The position numbers and the translations under genes are program-made. Of a stretch of 64,000 nucleotides of DNA, positions 9,393 to 19,812 are shown one piece after another; position 1 is the first letter of the stretch, and each line of letters opens with the position of its first letter. The DNA comes from Pyrodictiaceae archaeon (lineage in GTDB: Archaea; Thermoproteota; Thermoprotei_A; Sulfolobales; Pyrodictiaceae). The stretch is from the NCBI GenBank assembly GCA_027036135.1, contig JALVSY010000007.1, forward strand, positions 196,880 to 260,879, given 5' to 3'. The notes beneath the pieces were generated by a model that was given only the letters and a program-made list of their open reading frames with translations, was not told the DNA's origin and ran no database searches.

Positions 9393-10969
9393 CTAGTACC
9401 CCATTTTTCTCGCAGCAATTATACTGATCGTTATAGCTGCGAGGCTCAGTGCTTCGAGTATAAGTGCCGCGAGGCTCGCCTCTGCTAGGAATCGGCCGCC
9501 AGCATAGATGTGGTAGACTAGTATTGTTAGGCTCCACGTCCTCGGCACAGAGACCGAGAGTGTTGCACCGAATTCTCCGAGGCTAGCAGCCGCCGCGAGA
9601 CCCGCCGCGACCGCTACTGAGGGGGCTGCTGAGCCTAGGAGGTGGCGCAGGTACTTCGAGCCACGAAGACCTATGGATAGCATGTGCTCAGTTATCTCTC
9701 TGGGGAACCTCGCTAATGCTTCTCCCAGCACCCGTGAAGCCAAGGGAAGCGCGGCCGCTGTATGGGCTAGGAGTATTAGCGGCACAGTCGCCGCGACTGG
9801 CGACATGATCCTGGTCAGTGCGTTGTAGTACGTTATCACCGCTGCCACGCCATACGCGACCGGAGTCACAGCTATCAACGAGAGAGCCGTAATAGAGGAG
9901 ACCCGCCACGGGCAACCACGAGCCCGAGCACGAGGCTAAGCACAACAGTGAACCCTGCATAGGCAAGGCTATTGATCACCGCGCCGCCGAGACCAGGACC
10001 CATGGAGGAGAGCTTCTCGAGCTCAGAGAGACTAGCACCCATTGCCTCCCAGCCTATCCCTAGCAATGGTGCATAGAGGTACACGATGACAAGAACCGTG
10101 TAGATAGCCGCGAGGACGCGGTAGGGGCCACGGAGCCTCAGCATACCATGACCCCTGGCAGCGAGGGGGGAGGGAACACCCCGGGCTAGCAAGTACATAA
10201 TGATTGCCGAGAAAAGCACAGCAAGCCCGAGCTCTACGAGTGCTAGCACAGCCGCGAGGCCTTGTAGGCCAGGGACGCCGGGGAACCCGTAGTAGAGGCT
10301 ATAGAGCCATGCCTCCAGCGTATAGTACCTATAGGCAGCCCCTGCTACGAGCAATGGGGCCGCGCTAGCAAAGGAGTAGAGGAAGGCTATGCCCCAGGCC
10401 TGGAGCGCTCCACGAAAAGTCAGGGGGAGGAGGGCGCGGAGCCAGAGACGGGGGCCACGTAGCCCCATTAGCTCTACCTGCTCCACGACACTCCTCTCCG
10501 TGGCAGCTGCCGCCGCCGCCGTCATCGCTGCTGCGAAGCCTATGTTGAAGTAGCTATGGAGCGTCACTACTCCCGTCCAGCCCTCTGCGAGGAGCCGCGT
10601 GAAGCCCAAGTGGCTTGAGACCAGGCCGCCTTCGCCGTAGAGTATGCGGAGCCCAATAGCAGCCGCTACTACGGGGGACATGAAGGGGGCTAGCGACGCT
10701 ACAACAGCTATCCTTGCCAGCTTCGAGTCATAGAACCCGGCGAGAACTCCTAGAGGCCACCCAGTGAGCGTAGCTAGCGACGCACTTAGCACCGCTTGTC
10801 CAATACTCCAGGCGAGGACCCATGCAAGGCTGAAGGGCGGGCTAGTACTAGGGGGCCAGGAGAGCCACACAGCCACGAACACGGGGGCTATGTAGAGAAC
10901 CACTACTAGCCACGACAAAGCGACTAGTGCTTTACCGAGGCTGCCCAAGGGGTCCCAGTTACTGGGCAT
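9393..10969 (-). pseudogene. Two-repeat ThiP/FbpB-type ABC permease split by a 1-nt frameshift near 9903
   Basis: The 364-aa and 161-aa ORFs join into about 530 aa if one G is added at GGC GGG (G)TC. The downstream frame reads VSSITALSLIAVTP before its annotated start. SLGEFGAT motif present. A sequencing error is possible. Confidence 0.75.
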
Positions 10970-11193
10970 GCCTAATCAATCCCTCGGGGAAAACAATGGA
11001 GCTCCTCAATACTGACTAAGATGATGTATCCCCACCTTTCCCGTGCTCCACGGCTTGCTCGGGCAAAGAGGAACTATCGGTGTTATTAGTGGGCTGCGCC
11101 CCGGTATTCCCTCCTCCCCTTAGCACTACGTGTCTAGCCGCTTAAATACCGGGATTCTGGGCTATGAATGCCTCTTAGCGGTGGGTCGTTACT

Positions 11194-11919
11194 ATGCCTA
11201 AGCCCCCACTTACTGTCGAGAGGCTGCAACCATTCATAGGCGAGGTAGTCTACGACCCCTATGGCAGGGTCCTAGGTAAGCTGGTTAGCCTCGAGAGCGA
11301 CGTGGACGGGACCGTGCAGACAGTAGTGGTTGAGACCGAGTCTCGAACCATAACCTTTGTCCCAGCCGAGGCGGTTGACCTCCGGGACGGCCGCGTAGTA
11401 GTGTGGCCCGAGTGGAAGACACTAGCCTACAAGGTCATCTCAAGCTATCAGCGAGCACTAAAGAGGCTACGCGGCCTCGAGGACATGTATAGCAGGAACG
11501 AGGTACCGAGCACTGTTTACAGGGAGATGAGGAAGAAGCTGGACAAGAGTCTAGAAAAGCTCAAGGACGAGGCCAAGAAGCTCAAAGCACTCCTAAACCA
11601 GAGGAAGAACGACATAGAGGACGAGAACCTCAAACTAGACCGCGCAATAGCCAACCTAAAGATGAGCTACCTAGCAGGCGAGATAAACGAGAAAGCCTAC
11701 AAGATAGCCATAGACCACCTCAGAAACGCTAAGGATAGCAATGCACGCGAGCTCGAGGACATAAAGGAGACAAGGTCAAAGATAGAGAGCCTAGAACACG
11801 GCGCAATAGAGTTCACCAAGAAGCATGAAGAGGAGAAGATACCGGAGCCCGCTAAGCCCGAGGCACCAACAGCACCAACAGCGACGCAGCCAATACCAGT
11901 GAAGTTAATCGAAGGCTAG
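11194..11919 (+). CDS. cdvA: Cell division protein CdvA
   Basis: PRC-barrel start (IGEVVYDPYGRVLG), RALKRLRGLEDMY, SYLAGEI coiled coil and C-terminal PIPVKLI ESCRT-III-binding peptide. Confidence 0.92.
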   Translation: MPKPPLTVERLQPFIGEVVYDPYGRVLGKLVSLESDVDGTVQTVVVETESRTITFVPAEAVDLRDGRVVVWPEWKTLAYKVISSYQRALKRLRGLEDMYSRNEVPSTVYREMRKKLDKSLEKLKDEAKKLKALLNQRKNDIEDENLKLDRAIANLKMSYLAGEINEKAYKIAIDHLRNAKDSNARELEDIKETRSKIESLEHGAIEFTKKHEEEKIPEPAKPEAPTAPTATQPIPVKLIEG

Positions 11920-11979
11920 CCTCTAACCGTCTTTTCCCTTACGGCAATACATCATCATCTTTTCCTTTGCCCGATTCTC

Positions 11980-12711
11980 TTAGGTTCTGCTCTTCCTTAT
12001 AGCATAGGCCGCCAGCAATAGAAACACCACGCTCATCAGAAACGATGCCAAGAAAGCCGTTAAGGGAGAGACTACATCACACGAGCCGGTGTAGGAGTAG
12101 CGAATCGCCTCTGTCATAAATGTTAGGGGCTGCGTGAGAGCGATCCAAGCCAGGTAACGAGGCATAAGCGATACTGGTATTATCACATCTGATAGAAACA
12201 TCATAGGGAATCTTACTAGGTTCATTACAACCATCACTTGCTCCGGTTCCTTTATGACAAAGGATAAAAGCACACCGAAGCTTGAGGAGGCAAAGCTAGC
12301 CAGGACTATGGCGAGTACTAAGAGAAGGGCATGTGCCGGCACAACGTGTAGAACAAGATACGCGAGCAGTAATATCGGGATCGCTGACGCCAGGCCTAGG
12401 AAGAAGCTGCTCAGTGTCTTGCCAAGAGCTATACCGGTATAACTGATTGGGAATAGGAGGAGGCGCTCAAAGGAGCCTATTCTCCTCTCAAAGACTATGG
12501 ACATACCGGACATTGATGTTGCCCCGAAGAAGAGCGCGAGCGATATCATGCCCGGTGCTAGCCACGTGGTTAACCCGCCATGCCTAAACATGAATGCCAG
12601 GGCGAAGACAAAGGGGAATAGTATTCCCCAGCTTATTGAGCCAGGCTTCATATAGTACTCTCTTAGATCCTTTACGGCGATATACATTGCCTTCTCTAGC
12701 TCATCGATCAT
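11980..12711 (-). CDS. ABC-2 permease
   Basis: ERRIGSFERLLLFP, PMMFLS..I.P and PLTF..EAIR; six TM segments. Confidence 0.9.
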   Translation of the reverse strand: MIDELEKAMYIAVKDLREYYMKPGSISWGILFPFVFALAFMFRHGGLTTWLAPGMISLALFFGATSMSGMSIVFERRIGSFERLLLFPISYTGIALGKTLSSFFLGLASAIPILLLAYLVLHVVPAHALLLVLAIVLASFASSSFGVLLSFVIKEPEQVMVVMNLVRFPMMFLSDVIIPVSLMPRYLAWIALTQPLTFMTEAIRYSYTGSCDVVSPLTAFLASFLMSVVFLLLAAYAIRKSRT

Positions 12712-13657
12712 TTCCTCTCACCTATTATTCTCAAGAAGACCTCCTCTGCATCTGCCTCTCTCAGTCGGAGAAGGGATATTCTAAGCCCCTTACGCTTAGC
12801 ATAGAGGGCAAGGCTCTCCAACGCCTCAACCTCATTATCTATAACTAGTTCTAAGCGACCACTATTCCTTCTAGCGTCGAGAACCCCTCTCAGCGAACCT
12901 AGTAGCTCTCGTGGCTCCGGGTTACGTGGATAGAAGCTTACCTCGAGAACTTCTCTAGCACTGAACTTTCTACCCAGCTCTTCGGGTGTACCCATGGCTA
13001 CTATCTCGCCCTTATTTATAATTGCTACTCTGTGTGAGAGGTTGAAGGCCTCGTAGATATTATGGGTTGTAAGGAAAATCGTTATTCCTTTACGGTTTAA
13101 CTCTACGAGCTTATTCCATAGCAGTCTTCTGCTAACAACATCTAGGCCCGAGGTAGGCTCGTCGAGAAACACTATCTCTGGGTTGTGCACGAGTGCGGCT
13201 GCTATTGTTAGTCTCCTCTTAAGCCCCTTGGAGAGAGCCTTAAACTTAGTATCTCGGTACTTCTCTAAGCCGAAGAAGGCCAGAACCTCTTCCACGTTTC
13301 TACGAGCAATACTACCCTTAACTCCATACATCTTGGCAGAGAAGAGGAGGTTCTGGTAGCAAGTCAGCTCAGAGTAAAGATTAGATATGTCCGGTACAAC
13401 GCCGATAAGTCTCTTGACGCGCTTACTGTGCCTCGTTATATCATAGCCGCAGATCTTGGCCCTGCCACTAGTAATCGTCGTGAGCCCGACAAGCATTCTT
13501 ACAGTAGTTGTTTTACCAGCACCATTTGGGCCTAGGAAACCGAATATCTCGCCTTTCTTCACGCAAAACGAGATACCCTTCACAGCCACGGTGCCGTTTG
13601 GGTAAACCTTTCTCAGCTTCTCAACTCTTATAGCACACTTATCATGGTTCCTTGCAT
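12708..13657 (-). CDS. ABC-2 ATP-binding subunit; true start uncertain
   Basis: GPNGAGKTT, LSKGLKRR, FLDEPTSGLD. The frame stays open upstream of 13589 (CAIRVEKLRKVYPNG), but the nearest ATGs, including 13657, are out of frame. Confidence 0.85.
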
Positions 13658-14009
13658 CTCACCGAATTCATCGCAGTATTTAACGCGTGTTATTTAATGT
13701 TTTGTGGTTCTAGTCGCATTCTCCTGCAGCGTCGCCGAAGGAAAATACATTGGAAAAGCATGCGTACATCTGGTCCGATGTCCCTTAAGCATTATAAATT
13801 CTATAGGGAGTAAGAGTCTTGTGCGAGGAAGGTAACAAGGGGCTCTATTCCGTGGTAGTACTACTTGTTCTCGGATTTTCTACTAGGCGTTGGTGCTCCG
13901 GGTATTCTAGAGGTATTAGCGGCGCGGAGGACGCTAAGCAGTGGCTCTGTAACAATATCTGGGTTGGGAGACACGCTACCGAAACTACTCTAGAGAGGTG
14001 CTCGTGGCC

Positions 14010-14861
14010 ATGTCGGCCATAATTTCACGCTTATTCCAAGCATTCGGGTTCACACCCCGCCCACAAGAGAGCCCACGAGAAAGCATAGACAGGATAATAG
14101 TGAAGCTAGAGGTCTTGCAGGACAAGGCAGCCGAGATAAGGTACAGGTTCGAGACTAGGAGCCGCGAGCTCTGGGAGAAGACCGTAGAGCTACTAAGGAA
14201 GGGTGAGAAAACCAGGGCAACCATATATGCTGGCGAGATAGCACAGGTAAGGAACATTATAAAGCTGATACACGGCATGGAGAACATGATAATAATGACC
14301 AAGGAGAGGCTCAAGACAGTAAGAGACGTGGGCGAGATAGGCCAAGTACTAATGGTGTTCGGGACAGCGCTCGAGGAGATAAAGGACCATGCTAGAGCGA
14401 TATACCCGAACCTCAATCTGTTCTTCGACGAGGTCTCTAGGAACGTTAAGTCACTGATAGTAGAGACCACGATGAACAGCGACGCCGTTGAGAGAATAGA
14501 CCCCGTGGTGATAAGCAAGGAGGCAGAGGAGATGCTCCAGCAAGCTATGAAGAAGGCAGAGGAGGAGGTCAAAGAGGAGTTCCCAGAGCCACCAATAGAT
14601 ACTATAGTTAAGCTGGAGGCGCGGAAACAACCAGTAGCAGTAGCGATAGGCGGGCCGAGCACACAGCCAACGAAGCCAAAGACTACTCCGAGGAGAAGGA
14701 GAAGCATAGAGGAACTAGAGCAACTAGTACTAAATTACATAAGGAACCACAACGGCATACTAGACATAAAAGAGTTCACAACAATCTACGGCGTCACAAA
14801 GAACGAGGTACTACAAGCAATACACAGGCTCGCAGAGAAAGGCCTAATAGCACTATCCTAG
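14010..14861 (+). CDS. cdvB: ESCRT-III cell division protein CdvB
   Basis: Snf7-like core (RATIYAGEIAQVR, ERLKTVRD), MIM2-like EFPEPP and the C-terminal winged helix typical of CdvB. Confidence 0.9.
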   Translation: MSAIISRLFQAFGFTPRPQESPRESIDRIIVKLEVLQDKAAEIRYRFETRSRELWEKTVELLRKGEKTRATIYAGEIAQVRNIIKLIHGMENMIIMTKERLKTVRDVGEIGQVLMVFGTALEEIKDHARAIYPNLNLFFDEVSRNVKSLIVETTMNSDAVERIDPVVISKEAEEMLQQAMKKAEEEVKEEFPEPPIDTIVKLEARKQPVAVAIGGPSTQPTKPKTTPRRRRSIEELEQLVLNYIRNHNGILDIKEFTTIYGVTKNEVLQAIHRLAEKGLIALS

Positions 14862-14927
14862 CCCAACAATATTCTTTTCTAAACTAACCTGCCCACACTG
14901 ATACTACGATTCATTGGGGGCTCATTC

Positions 14928-15184
14928 TCATGGATCCTTTTGATAAGCCTCGATGAATTCCTTCCTAGTTATCCTTGCAAGCTCTAGCACGCCAAGAAGC
15001 ATGCCCGGCTTAAGTTCCTCGTGGAGGGGCACTACTGTAACCACTTTCTCTTTCCCAGTACCCTTTGCCAGAACTACATGACTTCCTCGCTGCCGCTTAG
15101 TAATAAATACTAATAAATACTAAATTTCTTAACTAGTATTCTTACTACCTCACGCTCCGATAACTTTGGGAGCCTTTGTGCTAA
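14928..15184 (-). pseudogene. hicA: HicA toxin pseudogene
   Basis: Reads RLPKLSEREVVRILVKKF / KRQRGSHVVL..VTVVPLHEELKPGML. It is broken at a tandem duplication TAATAAATAC-TAATAAATAC (15101-15120), and the apparent start position is TTA. Confidence 0.8.
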
Positions 15185-15392
15185 CTTCTACCACCCCTAC
15201 AATGCTATTCTCGAGTTCGCTGAGCTTTTCAAGCGCCTCTGGAACTTCCTCCAAGTAAAGCTCCAAAGCCTCTCTTAGATTCTCTAAAGCCTCCTCTATT
15301 GTTTTACCTTGACTAGTAACACCAGTAACTATTTCCCGTGCTACATACATGTCCTCCTCGCGCCAAATAAGTGCCCGAACCCTAAGTTGCAT
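15150..15392 (-). CDS. hicB: HicB antitoxin
   Basis: GVTSQGKTIEEALENLREALELYLE motif; overlaps the hicA remnant. Confidence 0.88.
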   Translation of the reverse strand: MQLRVRALIWREEDMYVAREIVTGVTSQGKTIEEALENLREALELYLEEVPEALEKLSELENSIVGVVEVSTKAPKVIGA

Positions 15393-15532
15393 AGAACCAA
15401 CACCCACTTCTAAGAACCGAGGATTGGGCATACTCTAAAATTCCTCCTTGTCCAGTATAGTGCAAGAAGGTAGTTACTCTATCCATAGCTTAGCTAATAA
15501 ATTCGTTTCATCGATATTAGTGCTGTATTGTT

Positions 15533-16264
15533 GTGGCTATGCAGCGTTTTGCTATAAGCTTATTTCTCTCCCAGTGTATGCGGGGAGCTGCAAGAAAGGG
15601 GTGTGGCAGTGAGCGAGGAGGCGAGGCGCTGGGGACTGTGGAGGCTGGGCTTGTTCATTGGGCCAAGCTCTATGCTTCTTATTACATAACGTTATTGTTC
15701 ATTATGAACCCGTTTGGTGCTGCTCCGATATTTGCTGATATAGCTGAGAAGCTTAGTCCTAGGGAGAGGAACCAGCTCATAAACTATGTCTCATTGGTTG
15801 TTCTTGGCCTCTTATACGTGATGGCTCTTACTGGTGAGTTCCTCTTAGAGGTTTATCATGTCACTGTTATGCAGTTCCGGTTGGCAGGAGGCATTATACT
15901 CATAGCGATTGCTCTTTATCGTCTAACTGGTAGGCCTATAACACAGACACCAGATCCTAGGGACGCCGCTATTGTCCCACTCTCGATGCCTATTCTCGTG
16001 GGTCCTGCGACGATAACATATCTTATATTGTTTAGTACTCAGGGGCATATACTCGTCCTACTAGCCGTGATACCTGCTGTTACCTTTACTGTGTGGGCTG
16101 TGCTCATGGGCGCTGACATTATACTGAGGAGGCTTGGGCGTAACGTGATGGTGATACTTACTCGTATCTCAGCTCTCTTCGTAGGCGCGGTGGGAGCGGC
16201 GATGATAGACGCTGTGGTAAGGGATTGGATAAAGTATTCGTGTACATGCCATGCTCGTCAGTAG
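15533..16264 (+). CDS. MarC-family membrane protein (true start probably about 15629-15638)
   Basis: IMNPFG, FRLAGGIIL and AIVPLSMPILVGPATI. Confidence 0.9.
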   Translation: MAMQRFAISLFLSQCMRGAARKGCGSERGGEALGTVEAGLVHWAKLYASYYITLLFIMNPFGAAPIFADIAEKLSPRERNQLINYVSLVVLGLLYVMALTGEFLLEVYHVTVMQFRLAGGIILIAIALYRLTGRPITQTPDPRDAAIVPLSMPILVGPATITYLILFSTQGHILVLLAVIPAVTFTVWAVLMGADIILRRLGRNVMVILTRISALFVGAVGAAMIDAVVRDWIKYSCTCHARQ

Positions 16265-16299
16265 AAGAACCCAAAAGAGCTCGGTGATGTAAGAGAGTG

Positions 16300-17097
16300 T
16301 TAGAAAACAGAACGTAGTAGGCCTCCATCTATCGGTATCGAGGCTCCGTTTATGTAGCTCGCGTAGGGGCTTATGAGGAATGCTACTAGGTAGCCGACTT
16401 CCCGTGGCGAGCCTATCCTCCTTAAGGGGACGTTAGCAGCCATTTCCTCAATTACCTTCTCCACGGGCTTACCTGTCTCAGCTGCACGTTTCTCCGCTAC
16501 TTGTCTGACACGGTTAGTCATTATGTAGCCTGGTAGTATCGCGTTTACCCTTATCCCTCTCGGGCCAAGCTCCCTTGCAAGTGTTTTCACAAGGCCGTGA
16601 ATACTTATCCTCATCACGTTCGACAACGCTATGTCCTCGAGAGGCTCCCTCACAGCTATGCTTGTCGAGAACACCATGGAGGGGTTACTGCTCTTCTCCA
16701 GCCATGGCAGGGCGTAGTAAGCCGCCCATACAGGGCTTAGGGCTAGTAGGCGTGCTGCATACTCCCAGTCCTCGAGCCCCAGGTCACGGAACTTCCCGGG
16801 CCTAGGAGGCCCCGGGATATAGACTAGTGCATCGAGCCCGCCGAGCAGCTCGGCTGCCTTGTTAACGAGGTGCTCGACCTCCTCCCTCCTAGTCAGGTCT
16901 GCCTGAACCGCGTAGACCTCTCCCAGCTGCTTGAGCTCCGCTAGGGTCTTCTCCAGCCGGGCCTGATCCCGCCCATTTATTACTACGCGTGCGCCTTCCT
17001 CGAGGAGCACCTCTGCTACTCCACGGCCTATGCCGCGGCTCGAGGCTGTTACGAGGACTCTTAGACCCTTGATACCGAAGGCCATACGGGTATACAC
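16300..17097 (-). CDS. Short-chain dehydrogenase/reductase
   Basis: VTASSRGIG, GIRVNAILPG.I.T and YINGASIPIDGG. Confidence 0.92.
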   Translation of the reverse strand: MYTRMAFGIKGLRVLVTASSRGIGRGVAEVLLEEGARVVINGRDQARLEKTLAELKQLGEVYAVQADLTRREEVEHLVNKAAELLGGLDALVYIPGPPRPGKFRDLGLEDWEYAARLLALSPVWAAYYALPWLEKSSNPSMVFSTSIAVREPLEDIALSNVMRISIHGLVKTLARELGPRGIRVNAILPGYIMTNRVRQVAEKRAAETGKPVEKVIEEMAANVPLRRIGSPREVGYLVAFLISPYASYINGASIPIDGGLLRSVF

Positions 17098-17193
17098 CCC
17101 TCGCTGAGCAGAGAATTAGGGTACATAACAAGTGGCTAGGGAAAACCGATCCCAGGGCCTAGGGATAGAAAGTGGGATAGGGTTTGAAAAATG

Positions 17194-17661
17194 TTAGCCT
17201 AGTGGCTTCAGGCTGAACACTATTATTGCTGCTATGTAGAGCGCCATGCCTACTAGGTCGCTTGTGGATAGCTTTTCTCCTAGGATTAGCCAGGCTAGGC
17301 TTGCTACTAGGAGCGCGTTTGAGAGAGCTATAGCTGTTGCTGGCCCGGCTTTGCCGAGGGCTACTGCTACTTTGAGGAAGTACATGCCTATGGCTAGGAA
17401 GACTCCTGCTAGGGCCATTACTAGGTAGAAGTGCGGGTTAACCCCGCTTATGCGCGGGTTAAACGCGCTATCGTATCTCCCCTGAGTCATCATTGCGAGG
17501 AGCACTATGATGCCGACGAGCCCTGCTCCTAGGAGTAGTATCGCTGTGCCCTCCATCGAGGGCATCCCCTTGACTGAGGCGTATTTGAGGAGGAAGTTCG
17601 TCAACCCGAACATAATGAACGTACCAAACGCGTAGAGTACCCATGCACTGCTCTGCGCCAC
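17194..17661 (-). CDS. EamA/DMT-family single-repeat transporter
   Basis: Five TM segments; GKAG...AI and LILGEKLS motifs; start reassigned to GTG 17661. Confidence 0.8.
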   Translation of the reverse strand: MAQSSAWVLYAFGTFIMFGLTNFLLKYASVKGMPSMEGTAILLLGAGLVGIIVLLAMMTQGRYDSAFNPRISGVNPHFYLVMALAGVFLAIGMYFLKVAVALGKAGPATAIALSNALLVASLAWLILGEKLSTSDLVGMALYIAAIIVFSLKPLG

Positions 17662-17746
17662 TACCCAGCCACCCTCTATTCTTCCCTGGTAGGAGCGATG
17701 CTCTAGGGAGAAGACTATAATAGCTAAGCGTCGGTGCAAACAAGTC

Positions 17747-18121
17747 GTGGCTAAACAAGAGACTCATGAAGGACGGCGGGGCTGCTCCTGGTTGCCGAGG
17801 AACGAAATCAGCTTACTGAACATATACACAATAATGGCCCTAGGCTTCTTCGGACTCACAGTGATGGCTTACATAGAGCACAATGCTGACCTTGCCGCAT
17901 TCTATCTCCTAATGGGCGGCGCGCTTCTCCTAGGCAAGGTGACTGTACTCTTCCCGAGAAACAAGCTGGCAAGGATACTAGCCGACATAGGAATAATCCT
18001 GCTCGCGTACAACGTTATAGCGAGGTACCCCCTGGGGAAGCTCAACGCCTACACGCTTATCTCGTGGACAATCCTCGCCGCAGCCCTCATAGAGGCCATC
18101 TATGTCCTCAAGAAGTACTAG
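17747..18121 (+). CDS. Small membrane protein, hypothetical
   Basis: Four hydrophobic segments and host-like codons. Confidence 0.65.
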   Translation: MAKQETHEGRRGCSWLPRNEISLLNIYTIMALGFFGLTVMAYIEHNADLAAFYLLMGGALLLGKVTVLFPRNKLARILADIGIILLAYNVIARYPLGKLNAYTLISWTILAAALIEAIYVLKKY

Positions 18122-18157
18122 GCCTCGTGCCCATACTCAGTAATAATCTCCTAGGAG

Positions 18158-19291
18158 TCATGCATTGCCTATGAAGACCTCTTTTACTCCTGCTTCCCTA
18201 GCAGCGCGGTAGGCTTCTAGTGCGTGCCGCCTACTCGTTGGGGGGAGGTCCCTCATCCGGAAATCTGGGTGGAAAGCGAGCAGAACCATGGGTATGTTGA
18301 CCCGGTACTTATCCATGAGGCTTGCAACGTAGGACGCGATGCCTCTTACCTCCTTCGCGTCAACATAACCCGGCACGAGCAGCGTGCTAATCGCTAGCAG
18401 GGGCGGCTCTGGGCGCTCCCTTGCCATGCGGGCTAGTTGCTCTGTGTTCTCCTTCAGCCTCTTGAGCGCTTTTTCTCCGTCTGCTCCGGTTAGCGCCTCG
18501 TATATGGAGGGTGTCCATGCCTTCCAGTCTATCTTCACTATGCCGCCGCTCACTAGGCTTAGCCGGGCCGCCTCCCGTATCAAGGGTGGCGACGCTAGGC
18601 CGTCCGTCTCCCAGCATATTCTCTTGGGCCACTGCTTCCTCTTCTCCGCCTCGGCTAGTATCTTCCTGGAAGCCTGGATTAGGAGAGGCATGTGTGGCGT
18701 AGGGTCTCCGCCGAAATAGCATATGCACGTAACTCGTGGATCAAGAGCCTCCTCTACCAGCTCCTCTATGGTCTTTATGTAGCGGCTCCAGGTCCCCGTG
18801 GCTAGTGCTAGCTTGTGCTCGGGGTTTTGGCAGAAGTGGCAATCAAGGGGGCATCCGAGGAGGAAGACTGCTAGGTTATAGTATCCCTTCTCAACACCCT
18901 CTGTGAAGGTGTATCTTGGATAGCCTCTCGAGGTATTCGCTGGGCAAACGTAGCCTGCAGTGCAGTTAGTTGGGTGCGGGTCTAGATAGGTATAGGCTAG
19001 GAGCCTTCCATGACCCTGTAGGGGCTCTAGCTTGCCGCCGCGGTTAACCCATACACCACAGTACCCCTTGCCGCCGGGCGGGATACGGCACTCGTTGACG
19101 CATATCTTGCAGGGAGCGCCACTAGGTTCCCGGGGCGGGCTTGGCGGTAACCCGAGCTTCTCTCGGTAGATGCGGCGTTTTCTCCGAGCCACTGCTAGTG
19201 CCTCAGCAGGTCTCCTCCGCAAGCAATCGGCACAGACACCTATGGCTTCAGCTACTAGGCCTTCTCGGCCGCATAGAGCACATCGAGCCAT
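18158..19291 (-). CDS. Radical SAM protein (PFL-activase-like) with N-terminal Cys clusters
   Basis: CPLDCHFC, YFGGDPTP and DPHPTNC motifs. Ends GNA-TGA followed in frame by LLGDYY-TGA. Confidence 0.9.
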   Translation of the reverse strand: MARCALCGREGLVAEAIGVCADCLRRRPAEALAVARRKRRIYREKLGLPPSPPREPSGAPCKICVNECRIPPGGKGYCGVWVNRGGKLEPLQGHGRLLAYTYLDPHPTNCTAGYVCPANTSRGYPRYTFTEGVEKGYYNLAVFLLGCPLDCHFCQNPEHKLALATGTWSRYIKTIEELVEEALDPRVTCICYFGGDPTPHMPLLIQASRKILAEAEKRKQWPKRICWETDGLASPPLIREAARLSLVSGGIVKIDWKAWTPSIYEALTGADGEKALKRLKENTEQLARMARERPEPPLLAISTLLVPGYVDAKEVRGIASYVASLMDKYRVNIPMVLLAFHPDFRMRDLPPTSRRHALEAYRAAREAGVKEVFIGNA

Positions 19292-19366
19292 AACACGAGC
19301 ACCCTAGTCCATGGCGTAGGATTTTAGGGAAAAACGCCTATATCCTAGCACACGGGCCTCTACAGG

Positions 19367-19774
19367 ATGAGTTACGAGTATGCACAAACCCTTCTTAGGA
19401 GAGCCGAGGCATTCCTCGAAGCCTCTCAGAATAGCTATGAGAAAGGATACTGGGACGTAGCATGCGTAGAAGCAGAGATCGCTGCCCAGCTCGCCCTTAA
19501 AGCGCTAATAGCTAGGATGGGGCTAACGCCACCACAGGTCACTGGTATTAGGAGGCTTGTGGGGCTCGTAGCGAGGCTCCACCCAGATATCGGCGAGAAA
19601 TTAGCCAGCCATGCTAAGTCTATACGTGAGAGAGTAATAGTGCTTGAAAGGTGCTGGGAAATGGGTCAACATAGCCCAGAGCCGGCTGATGAAGAGGAGG
19701 CCTACATAGCGCTTGAGGCGGCTAAGGACCTAGTAGAATTTACGAAGAACCTCGTAGAGTCTCTGAACCACTAG
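19367..19774 (+). CDS. HEPN-domain protein with no adjacent MNT
   Basis: LLRRAEAFL..S....KG.WD.AC..AE.AAQLALKA pattern. Confidence 0.85.
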   Translation: MSYEYAQTLLRRAEAFLEASQNSYEKGYWDVACVEAEIAAQLALKALIARMGLTPPQVTGIRRLVGLVARLHPDIGEKLASHAKSIRERVIVLERCWEMGQHSPEPADEEEAYIALEAAKDLVEFTKNLVESLNH

Positions 19775-19812
19775 CGACAAGGAATACGAGGGACTACTAG
19801 CTCGTCAGTAGC

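Noticed and set aside
18137-18160. Selenocysteine codon
   Set aside because: The position appears to correspond to Trp or His rather than Cys, no SECIS is evident, and Sec is not established in this lineage.
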